Below, in pieces: positions 49,841-58,273 of a DNA stretch of 64,000 nucleotides. The notes under the pieces were generated by a model, which worked only from the letters and a program-made list of their open reading frames with translations, was not told where the DNA came from and made no database searches. The first letter of the stretch is position 1. Each line of letters starts with the position of its first letter. Made by a program: the position numbers and the translations under genes. Origin of the DNA: an uncultured Gammaproteobacteria bacterium (GTDB lineage Bacteria; Patescibacteriota; Microgenomatia; CAZETR01; Amesbacteraceae); contig CAZFGX010000001.1 of NCBI GenBank assembly GCA_964518565.1, positions 734,568 through 798,567 on the forward strand, read 5' to 3'.

Positions 49841-51148
49841 TTACTTTACCGGCTTAGATAAGCTGTCCAAAAATTCTTTATTTGTGTCCACTTTTTTCAT
49901 TTTATTGATCAACAACTCTGTTCGTTCATCTTCATCCAACAAATCCAACATTCGACGCAATTGCATCACCTTATCGTATCGATCGCCCAACAATTTTTCT
50001 TCTCCTCGAGTTCCAGATCGCAACAGTTCATAAGCTGGAAAAATTCGTCTATCAGCTAATTTACGATCCAAATGCAATTCCATATTCCCAGTTCCTTTAA
50101 ATTCTTCATACACCAAATCGTCTTGGCGAGAACCAGTATCCACCAAACAAGTACCTAAAATAGTCAGACTTCCCCCTTCTTCACACTTTCGAGCTGCACC
50201 AAATGCCTTTTTTGCTGGATAAATAGCTTCGGCTGAAAATCCACCAGACATCATTCTGCCAGAATTTCCCGAGATCATGTTATAAGCTCGAGCTAACCGA
50301 GTAATAGAATCCAACAAAATAAATACATCTTTACCTAATTCGACCAATCGCTTAGCTCGTTCCAATGCCAATTCAGCAATACGCACCTGTTCCAAAGGTG
50401 GTTCATCAAAATGCGACGCAGCAACTTCACCTTTCAGATTTCGCGTCACTTCAGTTACCTCTTCTGGTCGCTCACCGATCAAAACCGCAATCAAATGTAC
50501 ATCTGGATAATTTTCGGTCAATGCTTGAGCAATATCTCTCATGAGCCATGTCTTACCAGCTTTTGGCTGGGCAACAATCAATCCACGTTGACCTTTTCCA
50601 ATTGGTGCAATCAAATCAATGATCCGCGTAGACAACACTTCTGGCTTCGTCTCCAATATCAATTGTTCATCAGGAAATACTGCAGTCATCGAATCAAATT
50701 CTGGTCTATTTGCCGCCTCTTCTGCTGGCAATTCATTTACTTTTTCTACCTTCAGCAAACCCCAATATCGTTCGTTATCTTTTGGCTCACGTGCTTGACC
50801 ACCCACCATATCCCCCGGCCGCAAATTGAATCGACGAACCTGAGAAGCTGAAATATACACATCCTTAGAAGACGGGGTCATCTTAGGTCTCAAGTAGCCA
50901 TGACCATCAGGAGTAATATCCAAAAAGCCTTCTACATACTCAGTTGGCAATCCTGCATCTGGCAAAATCCGATCATCCACTACACCATTAAAATTATCGA
51001 CTGGAGCAGCTGGTCGGTTTGTCGGACGAACTGGTGCCTGGGCTGGCCGAGGCCCAACTCGACCCACGACACGCACCACACCTGGACGCATCACAGACCG
51101 TATAGATGAAGGAGAACCATTCTCCACAGGATCAACAGTATCTGGCAT
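49841..51148 (-). CDS. rho: Transcription termination factor Rho
   Basis: [61 protein letters not shown]. Confidence 0.97.
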   Translation of the reverse strand: MPDTVDPVENGSPSSIRSVMRPGVVRVVGRVGPRPAQAPVRPTNRPAAPVDNFNGVVDDRILPDAGLPTEYVEGFLDITPDGHGYLRPKMTPSSKDVYISASQVRRFNLRPGDMVGGQAREPKDNERYWGLLKVEKVNELPAEEAANRPEFDSMTAVFPDEQLILETKPEVLSTRIIDLIAPIGKGQRGLIVAQPKAGKTWLMRDIAQALTENYPDVHLIAVLIGERPEEVTEVTRNLKGEVAASHFDEPPLEQVRIAELALERAKRLVELGKDVFILLDSITRLARAYNMISGNSGRMMSGGFSAEAIYPAKKAFGAARKCEEGGSLTILGTCLVDTGSRQDDLVYEEFKGTGNMELHLDRKLADRRIFPAYELLRSGTRGEEKLLGDRYDKVMQLRRMLDLLDEDERTELLINKMKKVDTNKEFLDSLSKPVK

Positions 51149-51273
51149 ATTAAATCAAATTTGTAGGAAGTTCATTGGGAATTGAGGCTAATTCTCTGGC
51201 AACCGAAAGCTTCCCCTTCAGTATAGCATGGCCACCACTTCTGTCAAGAAGTGACAAAAAAAAGCTCCAGGGG

Positions 51274-52563
51274 TCATATGACCCGCTGGAGCTCAATAGT
51301 ATGTTTATCTGCTCGAGTCACACCCCAAGAACACATCACAATCGGCAGCTCTAGCCGATCTGAAATATCTTGCAAATATGCTCTTTGATTACCCAACTCG
51401 ACCGATTCATAAACCGGCACAGCGTCAAACAATTGCCTCGTTACTTGTTCTCGAAAAATCAGATCTCTTTGTTCACCTTCAGGTATGTTTGTCCAAGTTT
51501 GTCCATGGACACGATACCCAGAAACCATTTGCCACACCGGCAAATGACAGAGTTGATCGACATGGCTCACCACCAATCCATCAACATGACCCAATGCCGC
51601 CAATCCGTATCGCAGCATCAGCATATCCAAATAACCCACTCGAAAATGCTCTTGCCAGGGATTTGTTGGATTATGTATATCCGCCAATCGTTTTGTAAGA
51701 TCTTTGTCCTCAGACGGAAACGGTCCTGCCCCATGACGAGTAGCATACGCTCGCATCAATCCTAAAAATTGCTTTTGACCATCAAACTGCATTCGTCCTA
51801 ACAAATTCTGAGCATTATCGTATGTAATCGTACTCCAGGTGGTGTAAGGATGAAATCCTCTCCACTCATCCAAAAGCACCCCCTGAGCCCCCTCAAACAC
51901 CACTACACCATCAAGTCTACCCAACTGTAACAAATATGCTTCGTCTACCAAATTCAGCTGTTTTCCTACATGCAAGTACTCGTCCACCACATTTTCCAAA
52001 AAAACGTTTGCCTGAAATTGTGGTAATAAATACTGCTGTTTCAGTTCTCGAATTGCCAATAATTTTTGTCTCAGTATTGACCTGTTCTGCAAATCAGCTG
52101 CATACATAGTCAATTCCGGAAACTCCAAACTATCAGCGACTGTTTCACCTACACCCAATCCACAACTACCATGACGGTTTTGGCCTCGAGCTAATTCCTT
52201 TGCCATGTTAGTCATTTGTTGAAATGGTGTAATGACTCTCGCCCGCCGATCCACATATAAGCGTCCAAATGCATCAGTCACACCCACCTGCTGCAAACCT
52301 CGCTCTTCTTTAACCAAAGCCAAAGGATGCAAAATCATGTATTCAGACAAATAGGTATTAACACCGGGAATAAAAGTTCCGGCTCCAAATTGACTAAAAC
52401 GATGATGTCTCCCGTCCGGTGTTACAACATTATGTGCCGCTTGTGCTCCGCCGTTGTATCGCACTACCGTATGCACCGGCACAGTAGCAGCCAAATAGTC
52501 GACGACGCTGCCCTTACCAGCATCCCCAAACCCCAAATCTGCAATCACAATCGCCTGTTTCAT
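51274..52563 (-). CDS. Adenylosuccinate-synthetase (PurA) paralogue with divergent substrate loops
   Basis: GFGDAGKG, RYNGGAQAAH, EGAQGVLLD, HPYTT.S, Y.TRHGAGPFPSE, RVGYLD. SD GAGG before ATG 52563. Confidence 0.85.
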   Translation of the reverse strand: MKQAIVIADLGFGDAGKGSVVDYLAATVPVHTVVRYNGGAQAAHNVVTPDGRHHRFSQFGAGTFIPGVNTYLSEYMILHPLALVKEERGLQQVGVTDAFGRLYVDRRARVITPFQQMTNMAKELARGQNRHGSCGLGVGETVADSLEFPELTMYAADLQNRSILRQKLLAIRELKQQYLLPQFQANVFLENVVDEYLHVGKQLNLVDEAYLLQLGRLDGVVVFEGAQGVLLDEWRGFHPYTTWSTITYDNAQNLLGRMQFDGQKQFLGLMRAYATRHGAGPFPSEDKDLTKRLADIHNPTNPWQEHFRVGYLDMLMLRYGLAALGHVDGLVVSHVDQLCHLPVWQMVSGYRVHGQTWTNIPEGEQRDLIFREQVTRQLFDAVPVYESVELGNQRAYLQDISDRLELPIVMCSWGVTRADKHTIELQRVI

Positions 52564-52573
52564 TTTAAACCTC

Positions 52574-52605
52574 AAAAAAAGGGCAGAAGGTTCCCCCTCT
52601 GCCCT
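52574..52605 (-). terminator. Intrinsic terminator between the vWA and purA-like genes
   Basis: Minus strand reads AGGGCAGAGGGGGAACCTTCTGCCC-TTTTTTT. Confidence 0.7.
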
Positions 52606-52614
52606 AAATCACAC

Positions 52615-53598
52615 TCACAAACGCTTCGTTTTGGATTTACCACCGAAACCTGGTAGCAAATTACCGATTCCGGCGATTCCCGTCCCCGAAGGTTTGTACA
52701 ATTCCACAGCCTTACCTGCCGCGGCCACAGCACTCGCAGAAGCATGCCCAGACAACAATTGTGACTGAACATCAGCCCACCGTAATCCACTATCCAAAGC
52801 CATCACCGATAAAATCACCTCACACACCGCTTCATTATCAGTCAGCTGCAACACATGCTGACCCAACAAATTTTTCCACGTTCGCAATACTCGATCCTCA
52901 CCACTATGGTCCGCACCTGTCGGCATGATGTAAAACACTTCATATCGCTTTTTCAATTCAGACACAATGTGTTCGACCGAAATTGAGGCTTGCAACCGAT
53001 CGCCAATCAACCGCTCAACCTGAATTGGGTCTACTTGTCCATATGGCATCTCATCGCCAATCATAAACAAATAACCCTTTTGCCGGCGCTTGTTCCAACA
53101 GTCCAAATCCGTATGCCGTGCCATAAAGTACATCGCCAACTCATACGATTCTGTCATCTGACCACCACCGCCTCCTTCCAAAATTAGGTTCCGAAGCTGC
53201 TCATCCATCGCATTATCAGCCTCGAATTGTCCAATTTGCAGCGGCACCCGATCACAAGTCGCATCTCCAATTCCCCCAAACAAGATTTGTGGATGCTCCA
53301 CATACCCTCGAGTCATCAAAAGTCCCATCAGCTCCGGCAACTTTTTTTGCAACGCCATCGGAATCGAACCCATCGATCCTGTCACATCCAAAAGCACACC
53401 AACCGCCGTTGAACTGGGATGCCCAGCGGAATCTCGACTTTCACGTACAGTTACCCCATAAGGATTAAGAGTGTCGTGAACAGTATATCTTCCCGACGTA
53501 CGAGCCTTGGCGTCCCAATCAAAATCCGGCGTACCAGTAGCCTTTCGATGTCTGGCTAAGCGTTGATACTCATCAAGATCAATATTAAAATATCCCAT
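52615..53598 (-). CDS. von Willebrand factor A (vWA) domain protein
   Basis: MIDAS LLDVTGSM, IGDA, GGGGGQ.TESY, IGDE. SD GGAGG before ATG 53598. Confidence 0.85.
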   Translation of the reverse strand: MGYFNIDLDEYQRLARHRKATGTPDFDWDAKARTSGRYTVHDTLNPYGVTVRESRDSAGHPSSTAVGVLLDVTGSMGSIPMALQKKLPELMGLLMTRGYVEHPQILFGGIGDATCDRVPLQIGQFEADNAMDEQLRNLILEGGGGGQMTESYELAMYFMARHTDLDCWNKRRQKGYLFMIGDEMPYGQVDPIQVERLIGDRLQASISVEHIVSELKKRYEVFYIMPTGADHSGEDRVLRTWKNLLGQHVLQLTDNEAVCEVILSVMALDSGLRWADVQSQLLSGHASASAVAAAGKAVELYKPSGTGIAGIGNLLPGFGGKSKTKRL

Positions 53599-53615
53599 GA
53601 TTTTTCCTCCATCTG

Positions 53616-54638
53616 CTAATGCGGCATCAAAAACGTATGAAACGCTCGTTTCCAAAGCGAATCTATCAAACGATTAAAATCTCTTATTAACACCACCGCA
53701 TCTTGCGGTCTTATTCGCACATTATCCAAAAGACATGCGCGAAAATAAGCATGAAACTTTTTATCTATCGTATTGGGCAAAGCTCCAGTTGAAACATCAC
53801 CTCCCAATAAATAGACCATTACCCGCGCAGCCATCGCAATATCCACCCCACAACCAGCTTCAGCTTTTGCCAAAACCTCCTTTGGATACCAGGCTTGATA
53901 TGGGCTTGATATAGCCGAAACCTTTTCTCCAACCCGAATACCATAGCACCAATCAATAAGTATCAATCCATGGCCATCAGGATGAACCAATACATGCTCA
54001 GGCAAAATTGCTCCATGGATAACATCCATTTGATGCCCTACTGCCATTGCCATCAGCAATCGTCTCCAAATCCACGCCATGTCTTTCGGATCAATTCCGT
54101 TTGGATACACATCATGAATTTGTTTCGCTGTATAAAACCCGGACATATACGACAACACATTTACTCGTCGGACAGTCCAGGTTGTTTGTTCACGAAAATC
54201 AAAGCTATTCAACAATCTCGGCACAAACATCAAAAACTTTTTATGTTCTGTTTGTGCTAAGCGTCTCAAAATCTCCGCCTCATGTTCAACCAAATCATTA
54301 TCCTGCGGATCTAAAGCAACCTTGCACACAACCTGCTCTTTATTTTGTGTTTGTGCTAGATAAATACTCGCCACATCACCTTCTGCCAGAACAGTATTTA
54401 GGGTATAGACTTCATTACCCGATGAAATTTGTCCCAGTATCTGCGGCAACCCAAAAGCTTCCCACAATTGCCCCAGTCGTTGAAAAACAGTCTCTGCATC
54501 GGTCTCATCTGCCACATCCGGATGCACAATTTTTGCCAAACCCAGATATGTTTTATGTGCGACTTTTGCATCTGAACCAAATAATTGTTCCGGTACCACC
54601 GCTGTCAATATCCGACTCTTTGCTTCGGAATAATTCAT
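53616..54638 (-). CDS. J-domain / protein-kinase-like fusion (probable pseudokinase)
   Basis: N-terminal YLGLAKIVHPD..F..L..LWE (HPD J-domain). Kinase-fold motifs LAEGDVASIY, VVCK, HEAEIL, HGAILPEH, IDWC, YPKE, DIAM. Confidence 0.8.
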   Translation of the reverse strand: MNYSEAKSRILTAVVPEQLFGSDAKVAHKTYLGLAKIVHPDVADETDAETVFQRLGQLWEAFGLPQILGQISSGNEVYTLNTVLAEGDVASIYLAQTQNKEQVVCKVALDPQDNDLVEHEAEILRRLAQTEHKKFLMFVPRLLNSFDFREQTTWTVRRVNVLSYMSGFYTAKQIHDVYPNGIDPKDMAWIWRRLLMAMAVGHQMDVIHGAILPEHVLVHPDGHGLILIDWCYGIRVGEKVSAISSPYQAWYPKEVLAKAEAGCGVDIAMAARVMVYLLGGDVSTGALPNTIDKKFHAYFRACLLDNVRIRPQDAVVLIRDFNRLIDSLWKRAFHTFLMPH

Positions 54639-54668
54639 TTCTCACCTTCCTTGTTAATGAGCGAGAGT

Positions 54669-54711
54669 TAGTGTCTAATGCACACTATACCTGAAGTTTA
54701 GTTATTGTCAA
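54669..54711 (-). promoter_or_regulatory. Sigma70 promoter with overlapping palindromic operator (NrtR-like GT-N7-AC)
   Basis: TTGACA (54711-54706), 16-nt spacer, TATAGT (54689-54684). Palindrome TAGTGT-CTAATGC-ACACTA at 54669-54687. Confidence 0.7.
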
Positions 54712-54718
54712 GTAAACA

Positions 54719-55468
54719 CTAATTCTCTGTTTTTATCGGTGTAGCCACCACAATCAACCGCTTCCAACTCGTCCCAGGCGGATAACATGTTTGCAATACC
54801 AACTGCTCCTTTTGATCTTGTGTTCGCAAATAGCTCAAATCTTTCGCGGCAATAATATGTCGCTCACTCATCTGATATCGATATAGTTTATCTTTATACA
54901 CAATCTGAATCTCATCCCCCAATTCCAGCCGATGTAGCAAATAAAAAATCGCATTATATCTTGCAAAATCCAAGCTAGATCCAACTGAATGAGCAAACAA
55001 ATAAGTCGTCCCCACCTGTCCAGGCACAGCCAATCCTTTTGCCGCTGCCACTCCTTGTTTCAAAGCTGCAGAGTATGCCCGAGAATCAAACGGATCTACC
55101 TCATCCACCACTCTAGACTTTGCCAAAATTTTTGGGATATAAATCGAATAATCTGAATCTGGTACACTCCAGGTTGGCTTACCCTTATCCTCTTTCGTAT
55201 ACACATGAACAATTTGATTAGGTTGGCTATTAGAAATCCGCTCCACCGCCCTACCTGCTGACGTCTGTCCAAACCCATATTTCATTTCCTCTCGCAACAC
55301 TGGCCACACCAACCACAAAACAAACAATACCCCGCCTACCACTACACCCAAACCAAATCGATCCAGAAATCGCACGACTCTTCGCAACCGGCTCAATTGC
55401 CGACCTACCGCCACTTCAGTCGTAACTTGTGGTGGAGAAGAACTCTCAAAGATTAGCCCTTCTTTCAT
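54719..55468 (-). CDS. Sortase
   Basis: N-terminal TM, IYIPKI, and the catalytic triad FAHS (His), LQTCYPPG (Cys), KRLIV (Arg). Confidence 0.9.
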   Translation of the reverse strand: MKEGLIFESSSPPQVTTEVAVGRQLSRLRRVVRFLDRFGLGVVVGGVLFVLWLVWPVLREEMKYGFGQTSAGRAVERISNSQPNQIVHVYTKEDKGKPTWSVPDSDYSIYIPKILAKSRVVDEVDPFDSRAYSAALKQGVAAAKGLAVPGQVGTTYLFAHSVGSSLDFARYNAIFYLLHRLELGDEIQIVYKDKLYRYQMSERHIIAAKDLSYLRTQDQKEQLVLQTCYPPGTSWKRLIVVATPIKTEN

Positions 55469-55474
55469 AAATAT

Positions 55475-56257
55475 TTACCAAATCCTTTTTGCCAATGTCT
55501 TCACTCCAAATCCTATACCAAATACCCCTGCAGCACCCAATAATATCCAACCTTCGCCTCCAGTGTCTGGAGTAGTCTGTACCTTACCACAAAAACAACT
55601 CTTATCAGATGGACAACTTGGATTTCGACAAACTCCTTGAAAACAACCAAAACCCGCACCACAAGCCGAATCATTAGTACACATCTGGCCACAAGCACGA
55701 ATAATAGTCGGGGTTGGGGTTTTCGTTGTCACCAGTGTTGGTGTTCCAGTCGGCGGCTGACTCAAAATAGTCGTCGGAATTACAGCTACAGTTGGTGTTA
55801 CGCGCAATACTGGACGAGTTGGCAATGGGGTAATGGGTGGTGTCCCAGTTCCATCCCAACAATCACCCGAATACCACACCATGTACCCCAACAATTTACA
55901 TTCTGGATTCCATGTTCCATCTTGTCTCCGACAAGTTTTGTCATATAAAGACAATTGGATTGTCTTGCCACAAGCCGCAGTGCCAAAAGACTCAGAATTA
56001 CTCCAATATCCTTCCGATTCCAAACACTGATCCCATCTCCCAGAACAGGTATATTTCACCACCCCACCTGACTGACTCTGACATGTTCCTGTAGTTGGAT
56101 TACATCCCACATCGCAGCTGTATCGAGTCGCCGCAGTACCAGATCCACACAAATTTACATACGTCCCAGATCCATACGACAAAGCTGCGTGCGCCGTATC
56201 CGCCAACCCCGCCAAACCCAAAAGCATAAAAAGGCAAATGAAAACAAGGTATCTCAT
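55475..56257 (-). CDS. Secreted Cys-rich Pro/Thr protein with TPDTG sorting signal (sortase substrate)
   Basis: Signal peptide ending AHA; CGQMCTNDSACGAGFGCFQGVCRNPSCP; TPDTG + TM + KR tail; directly upstream of the sortase. Confidence 0.8.
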   Translation of the reverse strand: MRYLVFICLFMLLGLAGLADTAHAALSYGSGTYVNLCGSGTAATRYSCDVGCNPTTGTCQSQSGGVVKYTCSGRWDQCLESEGYWSNSESFGTAACGKTIQLSLYDKTCRRQDGTWNPECKLLGYMVWYSGDCWDGTGTPPITPLPTRPVLRVTPTVAVIPTTILSQPPTGTPTLVTTKTPTPTIIRACGQMCTNDSACGAGFGCFQGVCRNPSCPSDKSCFCGKVQTTPDTGGEGWILLGAAGVFGIGFGVKTLAKRIW

Positions 56258-56284
56258 AAAGCCATCATAACGTACGATAACAAA

Positions 56285-56375
56285 CGCACAGTGCGGAGAA
56301 CCCGCTGCACGGATTCATTGGCCTGCCCTACCAATGAATCACGCGTTACTCAGCAGATCCTCCGCACTAAGCGCG
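56285..56375 (-). ncRNA. Candidate structured RNA or leader (long irregular hairpin)
   Basis: Minus-strand pairing CGCGC/GUGCG, AGUGCGGAG/CUCCGCACU, GAUCU/GGGUU, GCUG/CAGC, GAUUCAUUGG/CCAAUGAAUC. G-U pairs favour the minus strand. Confidence 0.4.
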
Positions 56376-56459
56376 AATATAAATGGCTAATAAAAGTGCT
56401 ATATATCGACATTCTTTTTTATTGACAAAAAGAACTGTCAGATGTTAAGACTGTTAACA

Positions 56460-56575
56460 AGTGAAACCGCCGATATCTGTCCAGGCGTTTTCCGCTTAAA
56501 GGGCATTGCTATTCGTGGTCCTCAATCCTCTGTCGCAAGACAGAGGGATCCAGCGATGGCGATGCTCTTTTTTTT
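56460..56575 (+). ncRNA. Candidate small RNA: two hairpins, GCAA tetraloop, U8 tail
   Basis: TTGACA at 56422. Stems GGGCAUUGCUAU/AUGGCGAUGCUC and CUCUGUC-GCAA-GACAGAG. T8 at 56568-56575. No ORF. Confidence 0.45.
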
Positions 56576-56786
56576 GGCCTACTTGCCAACAGTCATAGAT
56601 ATAAATCCTTGATTCATTTTTTGCATTTTCGATAACTGTGTACGCATCCAGATTGAACCCGCAGCATTAACTCCCCTACGTCTCGAAACGTCCTTTTTCT
56701 TCATAAAAGACAAGATCTGTTTCATTACCCGAAAGTTTACCATTCTACGTCAATTTACGCAATCCCATAGTTTATGTGTGTCAAAG

Positions 56787-56903
56787 TTGTCCACAGCCCA
56801 TAATATATAAACAACCCAAATAAATACATTAAAATAGCCATTTGTGGATAAACAAAATAAATCTCATATTATCTTAGGAACCAAAAAAACTATCTGTGGA
56901 TAA
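56787..56903. promoter_or_regulatory. DnaA-box cluster
   Basis: TGTGGATAA at 56843 and 56895 (perfect) and TTGTCCACA at 56787 (one mismatch), in AT-rich intergenic DNA. Confidence 0.55.
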
Positions 56904-56910
56904 CTCACTC

Positions 56911-58224
56911 TTAATCGTGCAACAGTTTCTTAATCGCCGCTTCTACACTTTTTCCCGATTCAGCAGAAGCCACCTTATAACCCAATTTCTTTGCCTCTTT
57001 CACTCGTACTTCCAATCCTTGAACCCTTCGTACTTCACCCAACAGCCCCACCTCTCCAACTGCCGCAACTGTTGCCGGCAAAGACCGGTTTAAAAAAGAA
57101 CTAGCAATAGACAAACATATGGCCAAATCAATTCCCCTATCAGCCAGACGAATACCTCCAGTCACATTAACAAAAATATCCGAAGATTCTATATGCAACC
57201 CGGCCCGTTTCTGCAAAACCGCCACCAACATCTGCATACGTGCCGAGTCTACTCCGGTTGCTACTCGTCTAGGCACTGCCAACTGACTAGATACTACCAA
57301 CGCCTGAATCTCTACCATCATTGGTCGTTTTCCCTCAACCACTACCGACACCACGCTGCCAGGTACACCACTCACTCGTTCTTCGAGCAGCAATTGCGAT
57401 GGGTCAGATATTCCTACCAATCCCTGCTCTTTCATCTCAAACACCCCCACCGCATCAGTTGGACCAAAACGATTTTTGACAGCTCTCACCAGTCGTAATG
57501 TCTGCCCCCGTTCACCCTCAAACCACAATACTGTATCTACCATATGTTCCAATACTCGCGGGCCTGCCATCGTACCTTCTTTTGTCACATGCCCCACCAA
57601 AAACGCTGGTATACCCAACTGCTTACAACTCATCCCCACCCGAGACGCACATTCTCGCACCTGCCCAACAGATCCAGCTACTCCAGTCAAATCATCGGTC
57701 ACCAATGTTTGTATCGAATCGACTATGACAAGATTTGGTTTAATCTCTCCAATTTTCATAACAATCTCATCCGCATTCGTGCTCTCAAACAACAACAATT
57801 CCTGACCCACTGCAGTATTTCCTGCTATTCGCCGAACCCGTAATGCCACCTGACTAGCACTCTCTTCTCCACAAACATACAAAACCTTACCTCGACAATG
57901 CAACGCTACCTGCGTCAACAATGTGGATTTACCTATTCCAGGCTCACCAGCGATCAAGGCTACCAACCCCTGAACCATGCCACCACCCAAGACCATATCC
58001 AGTTCCAACTCTCCAGTACTCAAACGTTTCTTTTCATCGATTTGGATTTCACTCAGCGTGTAAATGGGTGACGCTCCAGAAGTATGTCTTCGTGCACCTT
58101 GTTGCACTTCAGCCACACTCTCCACTAGGCTATTCCAAGTGTCACAATTTGGACATTTTCCTGCCCATTGCGACTGGCTATATCCACAATTTTGGCATAT
58201 ATACTGACTTCTACTTTTCGCCAT
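56911..58224 (-). CDS. radA: DNA repair protein RadA/Sms
   Basis: CQNCG..WAGKCPNC..W, GEPGIGKST, DSIQT, GHVTKEG..AGPR.LEHMVD, KNRFG. Confidence 0.96.
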   Translation of the reverse strand: MAKSRSQYICQNCGYSQSQWAGKCPNCDTWNSLVESVAEVQQGARRHTSGASPIYTLSEIQIDEKKRLSTGELELDMVLGGGMVQGLVALIAGEPGIGKSTLLTQVALHCRGKVLYVCGEESASQVALRVRRIAGNTAVGQELLLFESTNADEIVMKIGEIKPNLVIVDSIQTLVTDDLTGVAGSVGQVRECASRVGMSCKQLGIPAFLVGHVTKEGTMAGPRVLEHMVDTVLWFEGERGQTLRLVRAVKNRFGPTDAVGVFEMKEQGLVGISDPSQLLLEERVSGVPGSVVSVVVEGKRPMMVEIQALVVSSQLAVPRRVATGVDSARMQMLVAVLQKRAGLHIESSDIFVNVTGGIRLADRGIDLAICLSIASSFLNRSLPATVAAVGEVGLLGEVRRVQGLEVRVKEAKKLGYKVASAESGKSVEAAIKKLLHD

Positions 58225-58242
58225 ACCTACGTACCATAGCAC

Positions 58243-58266
58243 AAAAAAGCCCCGATCTCTCGGGGC
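58243..58266 (-). terminator. Intrinsic terminator
   Basis: Minus strand reads GCCCCGA-GAGA-TCGGGGC-TTTTTT after the 58274 gene. Confidence 0.8.
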
Positions 58267-58273
58267 ATAACAA

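Noticed and set aside
51274-52563. PurZ (2-aminoadenine / Z-genome pathway)
   Set aside because: It retains Asp in GDAGKG where PurZ has Ser, and there is no datZ, mazZ, polymerase or phage context.
54047-54694. 215-aa + strand ORF, representative of many 60-165 aa shadow ORFs in the window
   Set aside because: They are antisense or off-frame to well-supported genes and carry no motifs.
56760-56910. Replication origin oriC
   Set aside because: No dnaA/dnaN nearby and no visible change in the C-over-G strand bias across the site.
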